A stretch of DNA of 64,000 bases from contig NC_043020.1 in assembly GCF_006345805.1 (NCBI RefSeq), forward strand, positions 6,448,001-6,512,000. Direction: 5' to 3'. The notes below the pieces were generated by a model. It had not been told where the DNA came from. It saw only the letters and a list, made by a program, of their open reading frames with translations, and made no database searches. Position numbers and translations under genes: made by a program. Of the stretch, positions 40,501 through 52,500 are shown one piece after another; positions within the stretch are counted from its first letter, which is position 1, and each line of letters opens with the position of its first letter. Source of the DNA: Octopus sinensis. Taxonomy: Eukaryota.

Positions 40501-43500
40501 TAATTGGTTTCAAATTTTGGCACACACAATGGGCTTCTTTCAGTTTCCATCTTGCAAATTCACTCACAAGTCATTGGTCAGTGCACAGCTGTAGTATAAG
40601 ACTATAAAACACTTGCCCAAGGTGCTGCTGAGTGAGACTGAACTCAAAACCCTATGGTTGCAAAGCAAGCTTCAACCCACACAGCTATGTCTACACCATG
40701 AAATCTCCCTTCTGGGTCAAGCACTAATCTCTCAAAGTTGATATTCTCCACCCAAGAAAATTGAAGGATTAGATGTTCCATTTTATTTGTTATTTTGTTA
40801 TCAAATTTCCAAGTCTAAATTAATCTTGTTTCCATTTGTTTTCACTTTTCCCAGATTTTCAATCCGAAGAATTGTGGTCCTTGAATTCAGGTAAGTTTAG
40901 CCATTTTCCGCTCTTTGATAATTGTTTTGAGAAATCTGATATGGACAAGGGGTTTGCTTGTGCTTTGGCTCATGGCCAGGTGACTTAAATCTTGATGGCT
41001 CTGTCTACCTAGATGTAAAAAGTGAACTTACTGAGGCAATTGACTTTGGCAGAATTTGAACTCAGAATGTAAAGCCAGGGGACATGCTGGCAATTCTGCC
41101 AACTTGCCACCTTAATAATGATAATCTTCTAATATAATAATACTCTTGTGTTTTTCTCCGTCCCTTAGTGGCTGACGATATGTGCATTCCTGATCACGCT
41201 CAAATGGTGCTTTTTATGTGCTACCTGCGCAGGAACCAGTTCTGCGGCACTGGCAATGACCTCGCTCGAATGTTTTTTCATGTGCCACCAGCACAAGTGC
41301 CAGTAAGGCGACGCAGGTAATGATCACGCTTGAATGGTGTTTTTTATGTGCCACCGGCACGGAGGCCAGTTTGTTGCTCTGGCAACGATCACACTCGGAT
41401 GGTGCTCTTAGTGCTCCACTAGCACGGATGCCAGTCATCAAATTGTTGTAATGCTATGATGGAACATGAAGTCTGGCGTAGCATAGTAAATTCCATTGTC
41501 TCGACCACGGTCGAACAATGATGATGATTAATATAATGATATTTTTTTTACTTTCAGTCAATATCTGGAATGTTATCTATGGCCTAACTATAATCCTGAA
41601 ACGGTATGTATATATATATTGATAGTATTGTATATTTTAGTGCATATATTGTAGTATGTGTGTTAGAGTGTATATTGTACAGGGGCTACTTAATAACCCG
41701 GGGCGAGTACATTTGATAGAATGAAGTAGGACATGTTGTGCTGTGGTGTGCATGCTGTGCTGTGATAGTTTTATTTCAGCCTCTAATGTAAACCATGAAT
41801 GATCTCACCTGTTTTCTTTTATTTTCTTCCCCCCCAGGCTACCAAAAGTCACTTAATCTCTATCATCATAATGGTAAATGAGAAATTCCGAGAAAGAGTT
41901 CCTGCTTGGGAGGTAAGCAACACGTCAACCAAATCCAAACCTTTGTTGCCATATTCCTGTTGAAATACCCTGCTTTTCAGTTCTATATTTAAGGGACGAG
42001 GAATTCTGTACATTATTTACATTTGACAGATATTTGTCCTCATCTTGTTTGTTGTTAGCACAACGTTTCGGCTGATATACCTTCCAGCCTTCATCAGGTG
42101 TCTTGGGGAAATTTCGAACCTAGGTTCTCATTCCTAAGGTATTTTTCGATGTTGTTGTTATTATTATTATTAAGGTCACTGCCTGGAATCGAACTCAGAA
42201 TCTTGGGGTCAGTAGCCCATGCTCTTAACCACTGACTCTCTACATCTACACAGAAAAGTTAGATGGTTTGAAAGACGAGCTAGTTTTTGATGGAGTTTGT
42301 CTATATGTCTCCATTGAAGTCTAATGTCAGCTCCGTACCAATTAGATAATGTAGTTCTATATTTAAGAGATGAAGAATTCTGTACATTATTTACATTCGA
42401 CGGATATTTGTCCTCATCTTGTTTGTTGTTAATACAACGTTTCGGCTGATATACCCTCCAGCCTTCATCAGGTGTCTTGGGGAAATTTTGAACCTGGGTT
42501 CTCATTCCTAAGGTATTCCTAACCCCATGGGCATATGGTGTAGTGGTTAAGAGCGCGGGCTACTAACCCCAGGATTCTGATTTCGATTCCAAGCAGTAAC
42601 CTGAATAATGATACTAATAACATTGGAAAATACCTTAGGAATGAGAACCCAGGTTCGAAATTTCCCCAAGACACCTGATGAAGGCTGGAGAGTATATCAG
42701 CCGAAACATTGTGTTAACAACAAACAAGATGAGGACAAATATCCGTCGAATGTAAATAATGTACACTGCTTTTGTTTCAATTAATTTTGAGAAATAATGA
42801 AGAATTCTTTAAAACAATTTTGTCATTATTAAGCTAGTGTTTGGGACATATTAACAAAATTTTGATAGGCTATAAATTAGATCACTTTAATCCCTTTGTT
42901 GCCATACTTATGCGAAAATACATTATTTTGATTCATTTTGGAAATACTGAAGAATTTAGTAACATAACTTTGTCATTTTAAGCCTGGAATTTGGGACATA
43001 ATTCAGCATGAAATTTTGATGGAATCCTTTTGTTACCATATTTCTATTGAAACACACTGCCTTTGTTTCTATTAATTTTGAAAATAATAAAGAATTTTTA
43101 TAAAATAATTTTGTCATTATTTAGCTGGTGTTTAGAACATAAATTAACGTAAAATTCTAATGGATAGTTTTAATTTAGATCACCTTTTTGTTGCCATATT
43201 CCTGTTGAAATCCACTGCCTTTATTTGAATTAATTTCGAAAATTTTGAAGAATTTAGTAAAATGACCATGTCATTATTAAACTGGTGTTAATTTACATTT
43301 ATGTTTGGAGCACAAATTAACATGAAATTTTGGTGGAAGATTTTAATTTAGATAACTTTAAGTCAGAATTTATTTCATAGAACCAAGGGCAGTTTCAGGC
43401 AGGTTGATAACCAAAAGGGTTGATTTCTTCGTCCACTTCACTCTTAGCTAATTTTATGTTTTTGTCAAATCAAGCATTCTTCAGTCGATGCTAGCAAATG

Positions 43501-46500
43501 ATGGAGGCAGGAGGGTCCTTCTTTGTAGCAGTTGAACTTCTGAATATAACTCCCTACTGAACAAAGCAGGGAATTATATTAAGCAGAGTGAAGAGGAGGT
43601 GAGGGGCTCCCTTCTTTTGGCTTACTGATCTTGTTCAATTTAGAAGCAAAACTTTGTGTAACAAATTTCGTATGTCTTTAAACAAGAAGACCCTTGTAAA
43701 AAGTGAGGGAGCACCTGTTTGGTCACTAGAACTGATAAAGGTAGCAAGTCCCTTAAATTATGAACTCTCTTTAAAAAAAATAGGGGCTGCACTTGATAAT
43801 TGAGGAGGCTCTTGTGCAGTCACTGGGCCACGGGGCATAAGTAGCCAAACCTCCCTAAAGAAATTTTGTATTGTCATTAAAATAGGGGCTTGCAACTGGA
43901 TCTGTTAAATGGATTAGTCAATGTCTCTCCTTTTCCTGCTGGGGTCGTCAAATATCTTCTTCTCTATAGTAAGACCCCTATCTCTGCCCCTCTGTTATAC
44001 TTTAACCTCTCAGCTAGCACAAAGCCATCCCCTCCTCAGTACCACTCCCTCTCTTAGCTGAGGTGAGGGTCTTTGTCTTGCAAGGTGTTTGGGGACCCCA
44101 TTGGTGCCAGTGCCACGTAAAAAGCGCCCAGTACATTCTGTAAAGTGGTTGGTGTTAGGAAGGACATCCAGCTGTAGAAGCCATGCCACAACAGACAATT
44201 AGTGCAGCTCCTGGCTTTGCCTGCTCCTGTGAAACTGTCCGACCCATACCAGCATGGAAAACAAGCACTAATAAATCCTAGGTTAACCCTGTCGAAATTT
44301 TGAAGATAGTTATATAAATAGGGATAGCAAACATACAGAAGCATCCAGTTAACCTTTATTGCAATAAATAAACCAAATACAATGGTTAAATAAATACAAG
44401 CACTATTTTGTGTCCAGTTAACCCTTGTTGCAGTAAATATATTTCTTTATTGCCCACAGGGGGGCTAAACATAGAGGGGACAAACAAGGATAGACAAAGG
44501 TATTAAGAAGATTACATCGAATCCAGTACATAACTGGTACTTATTTAATCGACCCTGAAAGGATGAAAGGCAAAGTCAACCTCGGCCGAATTTGAACTCA
44601 GAACGTAACGGCAGACGAAATACCTATTTCTTTACTACTCACAAGGGGCCAAACACAGAGAGGACAGACAAACGGTTTAAGTCGATTATATCGACCCCAG
44701 TGCGTAACTGGTACTTATTTAATCGACCCCCGAAAGGATGAAAGGCAAAGTTGACCTCGGCAGAAATTGAACTCAGAACGTAGCGGCAGACGAAATACTG
44801 CTAAGCATTTCGCCTGGCGTGCTAACAATTCTGCCAGCTCGCCACACTATAAACCAACTACAACTGCCCTCAAACGAGGACAGTGGGTTGATATGAATTA
44901 AATGATGATGGTTGTGAATGTATATTCCTCAATCAACAGTTTATCATCTTGAAGACAGTTATATTTAGAGAGTGAGGAACTCAGCCAAATGTCCCCTCAG
45001 TAAATACCTTTCTGCCTTTAAATTAGGAACTGTATCTAAGAAGTGAAGACCTTATTCAGGTCATCATATCTGTTCACTGCTCTCCATGTCCTCCTTTCTT
45101 GGTATTTGTTCATACTTTCTGTCCATTAATGGAAGTTGTTCACTATCCTCAGCCCCAGTGTCCGTTTACTGTTCACCCCACTCCTACCTGCCCAGTATTT
45201 GTTCACTGTTTTTGTTCACCTCAGTACTTAGTCTTTCAACCCATTGTTTTGTTGTTTGTTCCTTCTTGAGCCATGCCTGGCTCATAAGGGCCGGTTTTCC
45301 CAGTTTCCTTGGCGTATAGGTTTCCCCACCTGGACGGGACACCAGTCCATCGCAGGTGAGCTGCTAGATGCAGGAGGGAAGAGTGAGAGAAAGTTGTGGC
45401 GAAAGAGTCAGCAGAAGTTTCGCCATTACCTTCTGCCGAAGCCATGTGGAGCTTAGGTGTTTCACTCATAAACACACACACCACCCGGTCTGAGATTCGA
45501 ACCCGCGATCCCTCGACTGCGAGTCCGCTACTCTAACCACTGGGCCATGTACCTCCACTTCAACCCATTAATATGTTTATTTCTCACCTCATGTTTCTAC
45601 ATTTCAGGCTTTTCAATCAAAATCAGAAAACTTTGCGGGTTTCTTCCAAGAAGTTCTAAAAGCCAGCCTAAATGCGACCAACTTTTCCCTACGAGAACAA
45701 TCCATGCTCTTAGTGTTCCTCATCCATTGTTTCAACAGTTTGGTAAGTGATTCCTTTGGAGCTGCCATTATCATCATCATCATCATTGTTCTTGTCCATT
45801 TATTTGTCTTACGTTCGTTTTTCCATGCCGGCATGAGTTAGATGAATATATCATTACAGCATGGTTTTACAGCCAGATCAATCAAAATCGAAATCGATCA
45901 ACATCAATGGAAATTGTAGCTGTGATACCAGTGCCGGTGGCACATAAGAGAACCAGCCGAACGTGGCCGTTGCCAGCGCCGCCCCGACTGGCCTCCGTGC
46001 CGGTGGCACGTAAAAAGCACCCACTACACTCACGGAGTGGTTAGCATTAGGAAGGGCGTCCAGCTGTAGAAACATTGCCAGATCAGACTGGGCCTGGTGC
46101 AGCCTTCTGGCTTCCCAGACCCCAGTTGAACCGTCCAACCTATGCTAGCATGGAAAGCGGATGCTAAACAATAATGATGATGGTGATGCTCTTCCTGTCA
46201 CTCACTCTTGTCTTCAAAGGTGTGAAGCAAATAGATGACTTGTTGACAGGAAGAATAACAATCACAACACTGCTTATTGTGATCAACTTTTATAGAACAC
46301 AAATGGATTTATTCAGTTCTTTTTTTTTATATTATTTTTACTTGTTTCAGTCATTTGACTGCAGCCATGCTGGAGCACTGCCTTGAACGTTATTTTAAGT
46401 CAAACAGGACTTATTCTATCGGTCTCTGTTGCTGAATTGCTAAGTTACAGGGATGTAAACACACCGACACCGGTTGTCAAGCAGTGATGGAGTAGGGGAA

Positions 46501-49500
46501 CAAACAAACAGAAAGACACACACATGCACCCAAAGATGACAGGCTTCTTTCAGTTTCCGCCTACCATGTCCATTCACAAATCTTTGGTTGACCCAAAGCT
46601 ACAGCAGAAGATACCTGCCCAAGGTGCCACACAGTGGAACTGAACCCTGGACCATGTAGTTGGGAAGCAAGCTTCCTACCACACAGACATACCTATACTC
46701 TTTTACTCGTTTCAGTCATTTGACTGTGGCCATGCTGGAGCACCGCCTTTTAGTCGAAGAAATCGACCCCGGGACTTATTCTTCATATGCCTAGTACTTA
46801 TTCTATCGGTCTCTTTTGCCAAACTGCTAAGTTACCGGGACGTAAACACACCAGCATCGGTTGTCAAGCAATGTTGGGAGGACAAACAGACACACAAACA
46901 TATACACACTCATACATATATATATATACATATATACGATGGGCTTCTTTCAGTTTCCGTCTACCAAATCCACTCATAAGGCTTTGGTCGGCCCGAGGCT
47001 ATAGTAGAAGACACTTGCCCAAGGTGCCACGCAGTGGAACTGAACCCGGAACCATGTAATTGGGAAGCAAGCTTCTTACCACACAACCATACCTATGATA
47101 ATATTTTCTCAATTTTCAGTTTTTGAGCAATTTATAAAAAAAAAAATAAATTGACTCAAATTGTAATTTAGGTAATTTTAATTAAAGAAAGACCCAACCC
47201 ATTTTAAACTAAATCAATATTTTAATTGACAGGAGGTGGATTTGATCCGTGAACAGGTTCAGCAATTGGTGTCCTTAAGTATCTGGATAAACCTTCTTCC
47301 TGTAAGTACCAAAATCATTTTCCTCTTTTGACCCCCCCCCCCCCCGTAATATCGATTTCGTGTACTACTGTAACGCTGTTGTATCATATTAGTCTTTACT
47401 ATGACACAAGATTATGACATTGGTTTTTGCTATGACATAAGGTTATGACATTGGTTTTTGCTATGACATAAGGTTATGACGTTGGTCTTTGCTATGACAT
47501 AAGGTTATGACATTGGTCTTTACTATGACATAAGGTTATGACATTGGTCTTTGCTATGATGTGGTTAGTCCGCAATACTCCATAAAGAGCATAGGGCCTG
47601 TTTCTCTGGCATATATATATTCCTTCTTGGACAAGAGACCAGTCTATTACAGGGTCACTCATTTTTGCCAGCCATGTGGACTGGGGCAACGTGAAATGAA
47701 GTGTTTTGCTCAAGAACACAATGTGTCGCCCTGTCCAGGAATCGAAACCATAATCTTATGATCACGAGTCCAGTACCTTAACCACTAAGTTCGTTTAAAC
47801 ATAAATCAGGTGGAATATTTGAGCCAGATACGACTGGGTTATACACTTAAGGGCTACTATGACACACTTTTATGTCATTAGTCTTAACTATGACAGGTTC
47901 AATACATGGATAGTGGTCTTTACTATGACACTTTTATGGTATTTATCTTTACTATGACATAATTGTACGTTATTTATCCTTCCATAACTTTAGTGTAAAC
48001 CATTGGTCTTTATTAGGATATAAATTCTGATATTGCTCTTATGACATAGCTGTATGATATTTGTCTTTATTTTGACATCAGCATCATTATTGTTTTAACA
48101 TCCACTTTTCCATGCTTGCAGTGTGTCCCTTAATGACCCAGATGCCACGGTGTGTCACCTTTGGTGACCTAGATCTTATATACTGTCGTTTGTTAACTTA
48201 GTCATCACATTGTCTCCTTCGGTGGCCTACGCACCAGCATGGACGCTTTTATGTGGCACCAGCACAGGTGCTTTTACGTGGCTCTGCATGGCTGTTTTTA
48301 CGTGACCCTGGCATGGGTGCTATTACATGGCACCAGCACCCATGAGATTGCAAAAAAACCCAAAAAAAACTGGGGCCTCTCAGCTGAGAAAGGAATGTAG
48401 AGGACCTGCCTGCATGTATAGATGACCTGGTGTTTCTTCTCAAGCACAGCAAACTGTCAGAAGTCTCAGTTCTTTGTCATCTCCTCTGCAAGGCCCAGAG
48501 TTTGAAGGTTGTTTCTCACCACTTCGTCCCTTGTCTTCCTGGGTCTGCCCCTCCACTCGTTTCCTTCACAATTCTGTAAAACTTTATTCATTTTCTTTGA
48601 TACCAACAGGGACGGCGTGAAGAACTGTTCAGCGTTTTCCCCAAATACAAGAAATTCTTCAATCTACTTCGCAAAAGTCAGAACAAACTGGACGAAGCAG
48701 AGAAAAAGAAATCCGAATTCGAGTGCAGCTTTTTGTTTAACCTTATCAAAAGATATTTCAGTGTTTTGGAACAAATTCCTGAAACAGGTGCGTCTTGAGT
48801 TCCTTTGTGTTACATTTTATTCTGGTGGGCCCCACCATTGCCATTCCGTGTTTAAAAACTTGTCTAATAGAAGCTTCAGAACTGATCTTCACTCCTGCTC
48901 CAGAGCGTCGGCTGTGGGGTCATTCCGAAAAGCTCTATTTGCTATAAATGAATGGATTTGTCTTTCCTTTGTCATGTATCCATGAGTGGAGTGGAGGTAA
49001 GTGTACTTGAAGCCAAGCACTTGCTTCTAGAAACAGCCCAGGCTCAACAGAGGTGGTTAAATTATTGTCTCTGCAAAGGCTGAAGACGCTCGACCTTTAT
49101 TCTCTAGAAAAATGATGACGCCGTGGTGATCTCATTCTTGCTCACAACATCATAAGCGGAAAGTGTAACCTCTCGAAAGAGCTGTTCTTCACTCCTGCTC
49201 CAGAGCGTCGGCTGCGGGGTCACTCCGAAAAGCTCTATCTGCGACGATTTCATCTCAATTGAAGGAGAGGGGCTTTCTCCGTCCGGGTTGCGGATCCGTG
49301 GAATAAGCTGCCGGACGAGATAGTGAAGATGCCGACGACCGCTCGGTTCAAAGTCTCTCTTGACCAGAAATGGCCTGAACTCTTTACATGAACACCATCC
49401 TGTACATAACTCCATGTCCCCCCTACATGGCCTTGACTAACATCTGCCCAGTTATGTAACTGTGTCTCTAGATGGTTCTGTCCTTTGTCTGTCCACTCAC

Positions 49501-52500
49501 TGACCACATTACCCTCTTGTACAGTTTTATGCAGTTCCTTGTTCCTGTTCACTTTCTACTCTGTGCCCCTCCCCTCTTTGTCCATCCCTCACATTTATCT
49601 CTCTCTCTCTCCACTCTCTTTGTCCATTCTCTTGTATCTTTGACTTTCTCTCGCTGTGTTCACTCTCTCACATCTCTCCCTCCCTCTCTCTCTCTCCTCA
49701 GTCCACTCCTCACATCTCTGCTTCTCTTTCTTTCTCTGGTTACTCTCTCTTTCTCTTCCTCGCTTTTCTTTCTTTCTCTCTCTCTTCCTCTCTCTGGTCA
49801 CTCCTCCACATTTCTCTCTCTCTCTCTCTCGCTCTCCGCTCCCACACATCTCTGCTTACATTTTCACTTCTCTCTCTTCTTTCCCCCTCACATTTCATCC
49901 TTCACGTCTCTCTCCTTCCCTCTGTCCACTCCCTTATCTTTGCTTCTCTTTCTTTCTCTGGTTACTCTTTCTCCTCTCTCCACTCTTACTTCTCTCTGCC
50001 TCTCTCCATATCTTCCTTCCCATTCCTCTCCCTTCTACCACTCTTCAATCAGTTACATCTCTCTCCACCCTAGTCTTTGTCTTTCTCTTCCATTTCCACC
50101 CCTATCTATCTCTACTTACTCTATTCTTCTTGTATTTAATCTATTCTACTGAATTTTCTATCCATCTACCTCTTCCCCACCCATATGTCTGTCCACTCCA
50201 ATGATCTACCAGTCAAATCTGTCCCTTTGTCCAGTCCAATCTACCCCTTTCTCCAGTCAAATCTACCCCCTTTATCCAGTCAAATCTACCGCTTTGTCCA
50301 CTCTATCCCTTTGTCCAGATCAATCTACCCCTTTCTGTAGTCCAATCTAGACCCTTTATCCAGTTCAATCTATCCTTTCCTTCAGTCTAGTCTACCCCCT
50401 TTATCCAGGCCAATCTACCCCTTTGTCCAGTCCAATCTACTCCTTTGTCCACTCCAATCTACTCCTTTCTCCAGTCCAGTCTACCCCTTTGTCCAGATCA
50501 ATCTACCCCTTTCTGTAGTTCAATCCATCCCTTCTTTCAGTCCAGTCTACCCCTTTTGTCCAGATCAATCTACCCCTTGTCCAGTCTCATCTACCCCTTT
50601 CTCCACCTCCGTTCATTCCACCCTTAATCTCCTTCAGGTGCAGTGTCTCGAGATTCCATTCACTACTGCGAACGCTTCCTGGAACTAATGATTGACCTGG
50701 AGGCCCAGCTTCCAACCCGACGTTTCTTTAATGCCCTCATTGATAACACTCACTTCCTGGTGGTCAGTAAGCTGTCCAACCTGATCAAGAAGCCAGAAGG
50801 AAAGCTCTTTGGACAGGTAAATTAATTTTTCTTTCTTTGGTTGACCAATGGGTTGTAAGTAAAAATTGGTGTGTGTGTGTGAATATGTATGTATGTGTAC
50901 GTGTGTTTATATGTCAAACCCTTTTTTTTCAAACCTTGTCTATGTTTATATCCCCTAACTTAACAGGGCAACAAGTAGAGATTGCTGAGTACCAGACTTA
51001 AAATAGGTTGTTGGGGTGGGGACAGACGATATGATCAACTATGCCCTTCAGGTTACAATGCTCCGACATGGCCGTGATCCAGTGGCTGAAAAAAAAAAAA
51101 GAAAATTTGGTACTAGATCTATGTGACTCTCTCAGATTTCTCTGAGCCCCCATCTATCTCAATCACCACCAACTGCTAATATCAGAACTAAATAGCTCCT
51201 CCTACCCCTCATAGGGTCTACCTAAAATCTAGGGCAAACCCTTGTGCACTGAGGGTGGGAATGCATCCTGCCTCCAAATATAGTAGTTGCTATCTCATCA
51301 GGTGATGAAGGAGCTCTGTAGGTGTTTCAGCCCCTTCCTCTATGTGCAATACCAGTGTTGTCCCATGGTTACCTCCTGATGTGGGTAACAAAACTTGTGC
51401 AGAATAGCACAAGCTTTATTCAAATCAAATTTGGTGACTCTGGGCCAGATGTTTCCACCATCCTCAATGCTCATTCTTATTGCACCACTTGCCCTCTCAC
51501 TTGAGCCAGATGTAATGGCTTGCTTTCTCAGCAGCTTCTGTTAATTTTCTGGTAACATCTCTCCTTCCCAGCTAGTCCAAGACTCCTGAATATTGAGTGA
51601 GCCCTGGTTCCAACAAATTGTCATACACCTGTTTCAAATGGAAAGCATATTGCCTCCCGGCTATTGTTTTCAAGGAATTCATCCATCATACTTTTATTTT
51701 ATTTTTTTCCTGAGGAAAACCAACAAACTGGTGCATTGAACAAAAGCATACCTTTTATTCTTTTACTAATTTCAGTCATTAAACTTTGGTCTCATCATTA
51801 TCATCATCGTTTAACGTCCGTTTTCCATGCTAGCATGGGTTGGACGGTTCAACTGGGGTCTGGGAAGCCAGTAGGCTGTGCCAGGCCCAGTCTGATCTGG
51901 CAGTGTTTCTACAGCTGGATGCCCTTCCTAATGCCAACCGCTCCATGAGTGTAGTGGGTGCTTTTTATGTGCCACCTGCACAGGTGCCAGACGAGGCCCG
52001 CAAACGGCCACGATCGGATGGTGCTTTTACAAAACTTCTATCCCTGACTCCCTCTAGCAAAAGGTCCTTCTTATTTTCTTTTTTTTTTATTTCGTCTTAC
52101 CCCAATTCTCAGCTCCCCACAGGTCCTACAATCCTTCTATCTTGACTCACTCTGACCACGATCGATTCTTCTCTGCTCTCACTGGCAACAGGTTCTTCAG
52201 ATACTCTTCTTTCTTATTCTTACAGTTGCTGGACATGCTGGAAATGTACGTAGAGTTTGAGATCAATGACCAGAATGGAGAAGCCTTAACAATCCATGAT
52301 CGGATTGACATTCACTACAACAAGATCACAGCCCTTCAGGTAGTAACAGTTTCCACTCTTTTACTCTTTTACTTGTTTCAGTCATTTGACTGCGGCCATG
52401 CTGGAGCACCGCCTTAAATCAAGCAACTCGGCCCCGGGACTTATTCTTTTGTAAGCCTAGTACTTATTCTATCAGTCTCTTTTGCTGAACCGCTAAGTAA

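Noticed and set aside
47399-47560. Regular 31-bp repeats resembling a CRISPR array
   Set aside because: Head-to-tail with no unique spacers; eukaryotic intron; no cas genes.
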